Assembly (NCBI GenBank): GCA_025999335.1 | Contig: AP024681.1 | Span: 523,547 to 587,546 of the forward strand | Length of the DNA: 64,000 nucleotides | DNA from: Candidatus Parcubacteria bacterium | Lineage (GTDB): Bacteria > Patescibacteriota > Minisyncoccia > UBA6257 > HR35 | Reading direction: 5' to 3' | In this document: positions 17,008 to 25,101 of the stretch, piece by piece | How positions within the stretch are numbered: the stretch's first letter is position 1 | Layout of the letters: the number at the start of each line of letters is the position of its first letter | Notes under the pieces: generated by a model | Told to the model about the DNA's origin: nothing | The model's input: only the letters and a program-made list of their open reading frames with translations | Database searches by the model: none | Made by a program: the position numbers and the translations under genes

Positions 17008-19083
17008 ATGATAATATTTCATAAACAAGCAATGAAAAAATTTTTATCACTTTTTACACTTATTATTTTTATTTACCTTACCCCTATATTTGTTTTTGCT
17101 CAAGAAAGATTTAATTGGGAGCAAATTTTATTAGATAGAAAAAATACAGGAACTTTGTCAACAAGCTCCTTTTATTTTATGAAAGAAGGGGAAAAGGGGA
17201 AAAAATCTGTTAAGCTTGATCCTGTAAAAAAAGTTGAATTAGAACTAAAATATGGCGATGAAAAGTTAATTGAAATTCAAAAATTAGTAAAAGAGAAACC
17301 GATGAAAGGAAAAATAGTAGCTGTAGGCAGTGGTAAAAAATCTGAAGAAAAATTTATTAAAGCTTTAAAAAAAGCTTTTGACAATTATTTTAAATCTCAA
17401 GAGAGATTAACTGAAATATTAAAATCTTTACCCCAAAATAAAAATACCGAAGAATTAAAACAGAAGATTGCCGAAAGAGTAATTCTTCATCAGGCACTTT
17501 TTGATGAGATAACTGATCAGTTAGGAACAATTACGCAAGGTCAAGAAGTATTAAGAGGAATAGAAAAAAAAGATATTCGTCGCGGAATGGTGATAGCTAA
17601 ACCCGGAACGATAATAGCTCCTCGTTTTGAACAAGTGGTTAATAAACTTCCTTATCCTGAAGGTATTCGTGAGTTAAAAGCTTTAGAAATTTTAACCAGA
17701 ATAGAAGAAAATTTGCCTGAAAAAGCTAAAGAAGAAATCGAGACAGCAAAAAAAGCTATTCAAGAAAAGTTTATTAAAGGAAGAGAGACGCTAAAGCCAA
17801 CTGTGAGTGGGACGGCGGAAGCTGACGCGAAAATAGGAGAATTAAAAATAGAACAAGGAGCTTCGGGTTATCTTAAAGTTGAAGGCGTACCAGTAGAGAT
17901 AAAAGCATTCAATAAAGTCATTGAAGAATTAGAAAAAGAAGTCCAAAAACCTTCATTAGTTACTCAAAGACCAAATGTTGTTAATATTGAAGCATTAAGA
18001 TTATTAACAGAAAAAGTTAAAGAAGCAACTAAAGACGTGCGAAAAATTCAACAAACAACCGATAAATTAGAACAGACTAGAGTACGTTGGTTTAAGCTAA
18101 TAATAGATGATGTTGTCTTTGGCGAATTTAAAGAGATTTCAACAAATGGAGTAAAATCAGAAGGCGAAGATGGATATATTCTTTTGAAAAGCGGTTTTAT
18201 TTCTAAGGGCGGCAGAAAAGCAATGATAGATTGGATTAATGCTACAACCAGAAGAGAAGATCCAAGACGAACCGTTACAATACAACCACTTGATAGCAAT
18301 GGCAATCCTATAAAAACATATACATCCAAATGCGTAGTTATTAATAGCGAAAAAATTAATCTTAACGATAAAACAAAATCTACCATTGAAGAACTCAAAT
18401 TGAAATGCGAACAGAGAATAAAAATAAATGATGTTCCAAGTGAATCTGATTTTAAACAGAAATCAATGGATGAAAATGCCGGCGAGATAGAAAGAAGGTC
18501 TTGCCCCACAATTACTCCCGATATTTTAAAAGGAAAAGAAGAATGCTTAAAAGCAGCTAAGTATCTTGATGAAATATATCCGGGATGCGATTACACAAGT
18601 GCTTGTAAGGTAATGGATAATGATGCTGATGAAGTTCCAGGCTCTCAAAAACCATCTTTAGATTGCGGTCCCGCTCCAGGTGCTCCTGGAAATTGGAGGT
18701 GTATTGACGGCGCCTGGAAAGATGTAAGTCAATGTGGAAAAATTCAATGTATAAAATATTATCCGGTTTGTGGAAGCGATGGTAAAACTTATTCTTGCGG
18801 TGAAATTGATGCTGAATCTTGCGGCGTAAAAGTTGCTTATAAAGGAGAGTGTAAAAAAGAGGAACTTTTAACTCCACCTTTACCTTTGCCACGACAGCCA
18901 CCAGCAACATCGTCACTAAGCGTTCCAGCATTAAGATTACCTCAGGCAATTTTTTGTACCCAGGAATGGAATCCAGTTTGCGGAACAGATAATAAAACTT
19001 ATTCTAATGAATGCACTGCAAAAGCAGCCGAAGTTGGGATTCAATATAGAGGTGAATGTAGATCTTTTGTTTCTCCTTACTAA
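17008..19083 (+). CDS. Secreted protein with two C-terminal Kazal-type protease-inhibitor domains
   Basis: Signal peptide. The C-terminus contains CIKYYPVCGSDGKTYSCGEIDAESCGVKVAYKGEC and CTQEWNPVCGTDNKTYSNECTAKAAEVGIQYRGEC. Both match the Kazal C-x(n)-PVCG-xD-xTY-x(n)-C-x(n)-C pattern. Confidence 0.7.
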   Translation: MIIFHKQAMKKFLSLFTLIIFIYLTPIFVFAQERFNWEQILLDRKNTGTLSTSSFYFMKEGEKGKKSVKLDPVKKVELELKYGDEKLIEIQKLVKEKPMKGKIVAVGSGKKSEEKFIKALKKAFDNYFKSQERLTEILKSLPQNKNTEELKQKIAERVILHQALFDEITDQLGTITQGQEVLRGIEKKDIRRGMVIAKPGTIIAPRFEQVVNKLPYPEGIRELKALEILTRIEENLPEKAKEEIETAKKAIQEKFIKGRETLKPTVSGTAEADAKIGELKIEQGASGYLKVEGVPVEIKAFNKVIEELEKEVQKPSLVTQRPNVVNIEALRLLTEKVKEATKDVRKIQQTTDKLEQTRVRWFKLIIDDVVFGEFKEISTNGVKSEGEDGYILLKSGFISKGGRKAMIDWINATTRREDPRRTVTIQPLDSNGNPIKTYTSKCVVINSEKINLNDKTKSTIEELKLKCEQRIKINDVPSESDFKQKSMDENAGEIERRSCPTITPDILKGKEECLKAAKYLDEIYPGCDYTSACKVMDNDADEVPGSQKPSLDCGPAPGAPGNWRCIDGAWKDVSQCGKIQCIKYYPVCGSDGKTYSCGEIDAESCGVKVAYKGECKKEELLTPPLPLPRQPPATSSLSVPALRLPQAIFCTQEWNPVCGTDNKTYSNECTAKAAEVGIQYRGECRSFVSPY

Positions 19084-19141
19084 ATATATAAATTTTTTGA
19101 AATTTATATAATTTGATATTTTGAGTAATATATGTTAAAAT

Positions 19142-20704
19142 ATGATAGTCGCAAAAAGTTTTTTACTCATTATGAAAATTACAAAAACAATCCTGTTTAA
19201 TTTACTTTTTCTTATCGTCGCTTTATTATTTTCAATTGGCTTTAAACCTATTTTTAGCGCCAGCGTACCTCCTGAATTAGTTCAAGGCAATCCAACTTGT
19301 CAAAGCCTTGGTTATCAATATGAATTTAAAATAAGTCCTCCTAATAGTGGAACCTATTATCTTTTTGGAGATGTTGGTTCAATAACAGTGACCACCACTG
19401 GTCAAGGTACATTTGATTGGAGCTCTACTTTTGCTATTGATGCTGTTATTGCTAAGGGTGGTCCTAGCGCTAATGTTTATAAATATGATCCTCCTTCTGA
19501 ATCATTTAGCGATATAAATTTATCAACGCCTATTAACCAACAAAATAATAAACCTTATGGTTTGGGTCATATTAGTTTTTGTTTTGACATTGATCATCTT
19601 CAAATTTTTAAAACTGCTACTACTTCCTATGATAGAACTTGGAATTGGGATATAGAGAAAACAGCTAATCAATCAGATTTTGGAACAATTAATTTTGGAG
19701 AAATTAAAACAGCTACCTATACAGTAACACTTAGTGCGACTTCAACAGATAGTAACTGGAATGTTAGTGGAACAATAACCATTTTTAATGCCACCACAAA
19801 TCCAGCTGCAATTATTCAAAGTGTTTCTGATTTTCTTAACTTTTCAGGCACAGCGACAGTTACTTGCGGAGTAAGCTTCCCATATACTCTTCCAGGAGGG
19901 CAAACCTTAATTTGTACTTATTCTAAAAATGTTAACGGAACTAATGATAGTTTAAACACTGTTGAAGTTATGGCAATTACTTATTACGGTACTACTACCA
20001 ATAGTTCTGTTCTGATCGGTGGCGGAGTAACCGCTCCAGTAATTTGGGGAAATCCAAATCAAATTGATGAATGTGTGACTGTTAATGATTCTAATTCAAA
20101 TGGTCCTAAAAATCAAATAATTTGTAATACAGATTTAACTAATAATTCTTATACTTTTAATTATTCGGTAACGTTCAGCAAAGATCAAAACTCAGATGTT
20201 ATTTGGCAATGTAATCAAACCGAATATCAAAACACTGCTTCATTTATTGCTTCCGATACTTACACTGCTTCTTCGTCAAGTTGGATAATTAGAGGTAATA
20301 TTGAATGTCAAACTCAACAATTTTGTGCTTTCTCTCAAGGTTATTGGTTTGCTAAGCCTAATGTTGTTTGGCCAGATGTAAATGGTGGAAATTATGGACA
20401 AGTAACAATTGGTGGTTTCGATTATACCCAAAATGAGGGAAAAACAATCTGGAATACTTCTAATAAGGGAGGAATTAAAACAGTAAAGAAAGCTTTTTTA
20501 CAGGTTGCAGCAATTAAATTAAGCGGAGGTACGTCAAATAATTTGCCAGCCTCTGTTTGGGCAGATGTTCAACTTATAGAAAGTTGGCTTAATCAATTTG
20601 GTAAATTAAATCTTAATAATTTTCCTTCAATCAAAGATCAAGCAGTTTTTTCAGCTGCTGGTCGTTTGGGTGACTGGATTGACCAAAATCATTGCTCGGA
20701 CTAA
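19142..20704 (+). CDS. Secreted or membrane-anchored Thr/Ser/Asn-rich beta-rich protein, hypothetical
   Basis: N-terminal hydrophobic anchor. No catalytic motif. It is flanked by a 50-55-nt direct repeat (19004-19062 and 20726-20780). Confidence 0.35.
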   Translation: MIVAKSFLLIMKITKTILFNLLFLIVALLFSIGFKPIFSASVPPELVQGNPTCQSLGYQYEFKISPPNSGTYYLFGDVGSITVTTTGQGTFDWSSTFAIDAVIAKGGPSANVYKYDPPSESFSDINLSTPINQQNNKPYGLGHISFCFDIDHLQIFKTATTSYDRTWNWDIEKTANQSDFGTINFGEIKTATYTVTLSATSTDSNWNVSGTITIFNATTNPAAIIQSVSDFLNFSGTATVTCGVSFPYTLPGGQTLICTYSKNVNGTNDSLNTVEVMAITYYGTTTNSSVLIGGGVTAPVIWGNPNQIDECVTVNDSNSNGPKNQIICNTDLTNNSYTFNYSVTFSKDQNSDVIWQCNQTEYQNTASFIASDTYTASSSSWIIRGNIECQTQQFCAFSQGYWFAKPNVVWPDVNGGNYGQVTIGGFDYTQNEGKTIWNTSNKGGIKTVKKAFLQVAAIKLSGGTSNNLPASVWADVQLIESWLNQFGKLNLNNFPSIKDQAVFSAAGRLGDWIDQNHCSD

Positions 20705-20725
20705 AATATTTTTAATTTACTTTAA

Positions 20726-20780
20726 CTAATGCACTGCAAAAGCAGCCGAAGTTGGGATTCAATATAGAGGTGAATGTAGA
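20726..20780 (+). repeat. 55-nt duplicate of the 3' end of CDS 17008-19083. Direct-repeat partner of 19004-19062.
   Basis: ctaatgcactgcaaaagcagccgaagttgggattcaatatagaggtgaatgtaga is identical over a 50-nt core to 19013-19062. The two copies bracket gene 19142-20704. Confidence 0.8.
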
Positions 20781-20998
20781 CCATCAGTTAATTATTAATT
20801 CTTAAAATTATAAGCAATATAAACAGAAATAAAACATTCAATCCTTTAATGATAAATACCGATATCTGGTTATTTTGCTTTATTAGATTTGTCTTTATTA
20901 AGCAATGCTTTACCCAAGAAAAGATCTCTCTTTAAAAATTTATTCTTTTTAAAAAAGATTGTTAAAATTGAATTAATAAAAACTTTATTGTTATTTAA

Positions 20999-22762
20999 AT
21001 GAAAAAATTTTTATATCTGGGTATAGCTTTTTCTTTTTTATTATTGCCAACCGTTTTTGCAAATGTTGAGAATGCGTATGCTAACCCATATATTAAAGAT
21101 TTTGAAGCAAAAATTATCGTTAATAAGGATTCATCATTATTCATAACAGAAAAAATTGCTGTTTACTTTGGAGATAGTTTTGATAAAGGTATTTTATTGC
21201 GCGAATTACCAACCCAGATCAAAGTAGAGCAGGGAGTAATTAAAACGCCAGTTGAATTACTAATCGTAACTGATTTTGATACTAGAATTTTATATTATAA
21301 AGAAGATTATGATAATTTAAATCATGTAAAAATATTGAAAATTGAAAATCCTAATAAAACTACTAATGGTGTTAAATACTACAAAATATATTATTTAGTA
21401 AAGAATGCTATCGTTTCGCAAAATTCAGAATTCGATAAACTTTATTGGAATTTAAATGGTTACTTTGGTGACTTAATGATAGAAAATTTTAAAGCAGTAA
21501 TTACGTTTCCTAAAGAAATTAATTCACATAATACAAAAGTAGATTATTATATTGATTATTTTAATTTTAAAGACAAAAATTTGGTCAAATATCGTTGGTT
21601 GGATAATAATATTTTAGAATTTACTTCTTCAGCGATTCCTCAAAAAGGAAAAAGTATTATTGTTTCGTTAACTTTACCTAAAGGAATTTTTGCTTCACGT
21701 CAAATAAGTTTTTTTGAAAAATATAACGATTATTTAAATTATTTATCATTTTCAATCCCTCTAGTGACTTTAATTCTTTGCTTTTATTGGTGGTTAAAAT
21801 ATGGTAAAGATCCTATAGTCAGAAAACCCGTAGTTCCTGAATATGAACCTCCTGAAGGCTTATCTCCTCTAGAAATGGGAGTATTAATAATGAATGGAAG
21901 GTTTACTCCGGAATTGCTTGCTGCTGGAATTATGTATTTAGCTGGAAATGGATTAATAACGATTACAAGGTTGGAACAATCTTTGCTTGGTATTCCAGCA
22001 ACAGATTACAAAATTAAAAAAACAGAACTTGGGAAACAAAAAAGTAATATTGATATTAGCGATCAAAAAAATATTCTTCCCGAATTTGTGCTTCTTGCGA
22101 AACTTCCTGATGAATTTTTGATTTCATCTTTAAAGCATAAATTTAACAAAGAATTTATAGATATTCAAAATTATATTCATAATTCTTTAATAAAAAAGAA
22201 TATTTTTACTAGCGAAGGATTAAGATTAGTGAATTTTTGCTTTAGTATGGTTTTTGTTCTTTTTTTATTAGGAATTTTATCAACTTTTATATCGTTGGTA
22301 TTAGATGAAGTATTATTTACTATGATGATATTTGCAAGCGCTTTTATATTTTTTTTATTTGGACTAATTATGTCTAAAGTAACTCCAAAGGGTGCTGAAA
22401 TTTTATGGAGAATCAAAGGGTTTGAGCTTTATCTTGAAACTGCCGAACAATATCGTCAACAATTTTATGAACAGGAAAATGTTTTTGATAAATTTCTTCC
22501 CTATGCGATGGTCTTTGGTATTGCCCATTCGTGGGTTAGAACAATCAGTGAACTTTACGAAAAAAGTCCTGGCACAACTGATCCTTTGTGGTACCGTAAA
22601 TTCTATGATAACACGTCTAATGTTAATGTTGACGAATTTATTTCTACTTTAAATAATACTTCTTTAAGTGTTGCTTCTATTGTTGATATTAATAAAAGCG
22701 ATTCTAATGCCGACCGTAATGTTGGAGATAAGAAAGGGAAGGATAGTGAAGTTAAAATGTAA
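20999..22762 (+). CDS. DUF2207-like membrane protein: N-terminal extracytoplasmic domain, TM, soluble region, C-terminal TM pair
   Basis: Signal peptide. The size and topology match DUF2207. The conserved-looking segment LWRIKGFELYLETAEQYRQQF lies near the C-terminal TM helices. Confidence 0.4.
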   Translation: MKKFLYLGIAFSFLLLPTVFANVENAYANPYIKDFEAKIIVNKDSSLFITEKIAVYFGDSFDKGILLRELPTQIKVEQGVIKTPVELLIVTDFDTRILYYKEDYDNLNHVKILKIENPNKTTNGVKYYKIYYLVKNAIVSQNSEFDKLYWNLNGYFGDLMIENFKAVITFPKEINSHNTKVDYYIDYFNFKDKNLVKYRWLDNNILEFTSSAIPQKGKSIIVSLTLPKGIFASRQISFFEKYNDYLNYLSFSIPLVTLILCFYWWLKYGKDPIVRKPVVPEYEPPEGLSPLEMGVLIMNGRFTPELLAAGIMYLAGNGLITITRLEQSLLGIPATDYKIKKTELGKQKSNIDISDQKNILPEFVLLAKLPDEFLISSLKHKFNKEFIDIQNYIHNSLIKKNIFTSEGLRLVNFCFSMVFVLFLLGILSTFISLVLDEVLFTMMIFASAFIFFLFGLIMSKVTPKGAEILWRIKGFELYLETAEQYRQQFYEQENVFDKFLPYAMVFGIAHSWVRTISELYEKSPGTTDPLWYRKFYDNTSNVNVDEFISTLNNTSLSVASIVDINKSDSNADRNVGDKKGKDSEVKM

Positions 22763-23062
22763 AGAAGAATTTTTTGCTTTTGCCTTAATTATATTAAAGT
22801 GATGTTTTTTAAGCTTGTTAGAAGAAAAAGCAACTAAAGAGTTAGAAGATGATTTTGAAATTAAAACAAAAAAACTGAAAGAAAGTTGATAAAATAGTAA
22901 TTATGTAATTTTTAGTTTTTTATAATAAAGTTTTTTATTTCTAATTAAATTATTAAAAACTGTTAAACTATAAAAAATAGAATTTTGGCGATAAAACTCA
23001 ATTAGCTTTGAATAAAGTTAATTAAAATAATATTAACAATTAGCATAATCTTGCAAAAAATG

Positions 23063-23094
23063 ATATTCCAACATTCTTAAGAATGTTGGAATAT
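23063..23094. repeat. 32-nt perfect palindrome ATATTCCAACATTCTTAAGAATGTTGGAATAT, copy 1
   Basis: Perfect dyad symmetry read directly from the sequence. It lies 28 nt upstream of the ArsR-like gene. The 26-nt core TTCCAACATTCTTAAGAATGTTGGAA is shared with copies at 23404-23429 and 29576-29601. Confidence 0.9.
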
Positions 23095-23121
23095 TTTTTA
23101 TAGTAAAATAATAGTTAGAAG

Positions 23122-23418
23122 ATGAAAGATAAAGATAAAAAGGTAAAAACAGCAAAGCAATTAGAAAGATATTTTAAAGGAGTAGCTAATCATCGGAGGA
23201 TCGAAATTTTATATTTAATCGCTGAACAAGAAGGCATAACCCTTGATGGTATCGCCGGAATTTTAAATTGTAATTTTAAAACAGCTTCTGAACATACACG
23301 TCGATTGGTCCAAGCTGGTCTTGTTAAGAAAGAATATCAAGGAAGATGGGTTGTTCATTTTCTTACTCCTTATGGTAAGCGTTTTTTAGAATTCATAAAA
23401 ACATTCCAACATTCTTAA
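23122..23418 (+). CDS. ArsR/SmtB-like winged-helix transcriptional regulator
   Basis: 98 aa. An HTH-like core (ANHRRIEILYLIAEQEGITLDGIAGILNCNFKTASEHTRRLVQAGLV) is followed by a wing (KEYQGRWVVHF). The last codons and stop lie inside palindrome copy 2. Confidence 0.5.
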   Translation: MKDKDKKVKTAKQLERYFKGVANHRRIEILYLIAEQEGITLDGIAGILNCNFKTASEHTRRLVQAGLVKKEYQGRWVVHFLTPYGKRFLEFIKTFQHS

Positions 23419-23432
23419 GAATGTTGGAATGT
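23401..23432. repeat. 32-nt perfect palindrome ACATTCCAACATTCTTAAGAATGTTGGAATGT, copy 2
   Basis: Identical, including its 5' AAAA flank, to copy 3 at 29573-29604. It overlaps the ArsR-like stop codon and lies 20 nt upstream of rsmI. Confidence 0.9.
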
Positions 23433-23452
23433 TGTTTGTTATTTAATTCATT

Positions 23453-24109
23453 ATGAAACTTTATATTGTTCCAACGCCGATTGGAAATTTAAAGGATATT
23501 ACTTTGAGAGCTTTGGAGGTTTTAAGGTCAGTTAATTATATTGTTTGTGAAGACACCCGAAGAACAAAAATTTTACTTGATCATTATGACATTAAAGATA
23601 AAAAGTTAATTTCCTATTTTGCGCCAAGAGAAGAGAAGAAAATTCCAATGATTTTAGAAGTTTTAGAAAAAGAGGATATTGCTTTAGTTGTTGACGCCGG
23701 AATGCCAGGAATTTCTGACCCGGGATATAAATTGATTAAAACATCCTTAGAGCAGGGAATTGAAGTTGAAACTTTACCAGGACCGTCGGCATTTTTGACT
23801 GCTCTTATTGGTTCAGGATTGCCAACTGATAAGTTTTTATTTTTAGGATTTTTGCCAAAAAAAGGATTAGAAAATTATTTAAACAAATTTAAAGATTTAG
23901 AAGCTACAATAATTTTTTACGAATCGCCGCAAAGAATTTTAAAAACTTTAGATGTTATTGAAAATATTTTTGGAGATGGTTATCTTGTTATCGCTCGTGA
24001 GATTTCAAAAATCTATGAAGAATACATAAGAGGTAAGTTAAAAGAAATAAAAGAAAAATTAAAAGATAAAAAACTAAAAGGAGAGATGACGGTTGTTTTT
24101 AGAAGTTAA
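23453..24109 (+). CDS. rsmI: 16S rRNA (cytidine1402-2'-O)-methyltransferase RsmI
   Basis: MKLYIVPTPIGNLKDITLRALEVLRSVNYIVCEDTRRTKILL is the tetrapyrrole-methylase-fold RsmI N-terminal signature. ESPQR motif present. Confidence 0.8.
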   Translation: MKLYIVPTPIGNLKDITLRALEVLRSVNYIVCEDTRRTKILLDHYDIKDKKLISYFAPREEKKIPMILEVLEKEDIALVVDAGMPGISDPGYKLIKTSLEQGIEVETLPGPSAFLTALIGSGLPTDKFLFLGFLPKKGLENYLNKFKDLEATIIFYESPQRILKTLDVIENIFGDGYLVIAREISKIYEEYIRGKLKEIKEKLKDKKLKGEMTVVFRS

Positions 24110-24156
24110 GCTTTTGCAGGGAGGATAAATAAAATTATATGTTTTTTATTTTTTTT

Positions 24157-24200
24157 AAAGAAGAAAGCGACATTAATGTCGCTTCTTTCTTTTTTTCTTT
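24157..24200 (+). terminator. Rho-independent terminator
   Basis: A ~14-bp stem (aagaagaaagcgac / gtcgcttctttctt) with one mismatch, loop attaat, then a T-run. Confidence 0.6.
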
Positions 24201-24406
24201 CGCGGTGGTGGTGGTATGTATGGTTTTAGAGGAAAGAGCTTATAATAAATTATTCCTCCAATTATCACAAAAGAAAATCTTATAAGAACCACCGGAAAGA
24301 AAACATTCATAAAATAATCAAAATAGTTCATAACACACCTCCTTTAGTATTCTAACCTAAATTATAAAATATTTTTTATTAAATAGTGAATAGGTGAATA
24401 AATTTT

Positions 24407-24997
24407 TTATAAATATTCAGGTATTGAGAAACTAGCAAATTCTTTTAAGATATTCTTTTTGTATATTAATCTAGCCAATGCTTCTGCTTCTAATTTGGCA
24501 CCTGTAAGAGCATTGTGGGGTTTGGGTTCATCAGGTAAGCCAACATAGTTTAATATTTTGTCTAAATTTAAATCTGTGCGTCCATTTTTTATAGGTATAG
24601 GGATATTTTTTTGTAAACAATGAGCAAAACATATAGAATGTAAATCAATAATACGATGACCTAATTTCCAGTCAATGTTATATCTTAAAAAACTATGCCT
24701 TAAGAATTCTAAGTCAAAAAATGTGTTATGGCCAGCTAAAATTTTATTTTCAATTGGAGTTATCCATTCTATAAATAATTTAATAATTTCTTCTAAACTT
24801 TTTTTCTTAGGGTTTTTAATCTCGTTTTCAGTAAAGCCATTAATTGCTAAAGCCTCTAGAGATATTTCAGCTCCTTCAAATATATAGCATTCTTCATAAA
24901 ATTGATTTTCTGGTTGTTTAAAATCAATAGCTCCTATGCTTAAAATAGAATGTTTACGTGGATCAACTCCGCTTGTTTCTATGTCAACAACTATCAT
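24407..24997 (-). CDS. DEDDh-family 3'-5' exonuclease (DnaQ/RNase T-like)
   Basis: Exo I (VVDIETSG), Exo II (AGHNTFFDLEFL) and Exo III (H.ALTGAKLEAEALARL) motifs are present. Confidence 0.7.
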   Translation of the reverse strand: MIVVDIETSGVDPRKHSILSIGAIDFKQPENQFYEECYIFEGAEISLEALAINGFTENEIKNPKKKSLEEIIKLFIEWITPIENKILAGHNTFFDLEFLRHSFLRYNIDWKLGHRIIDLHSICFAHCLQKNIPIPIKNGRTDLNLDKILNYVGLPDEPKPHNALTGAKLEAEALARLIYKKNILKEFASFSIPEYL

Positions 24998-25101
24998 TTT
25001 TAAACAATCATAATTTAATTAAGGTAAAATAAATATCAAAATTGGGCATTTTTATATTATAACATAATATATAAATATATAATTTAAAATATATTAAATA
25101 A

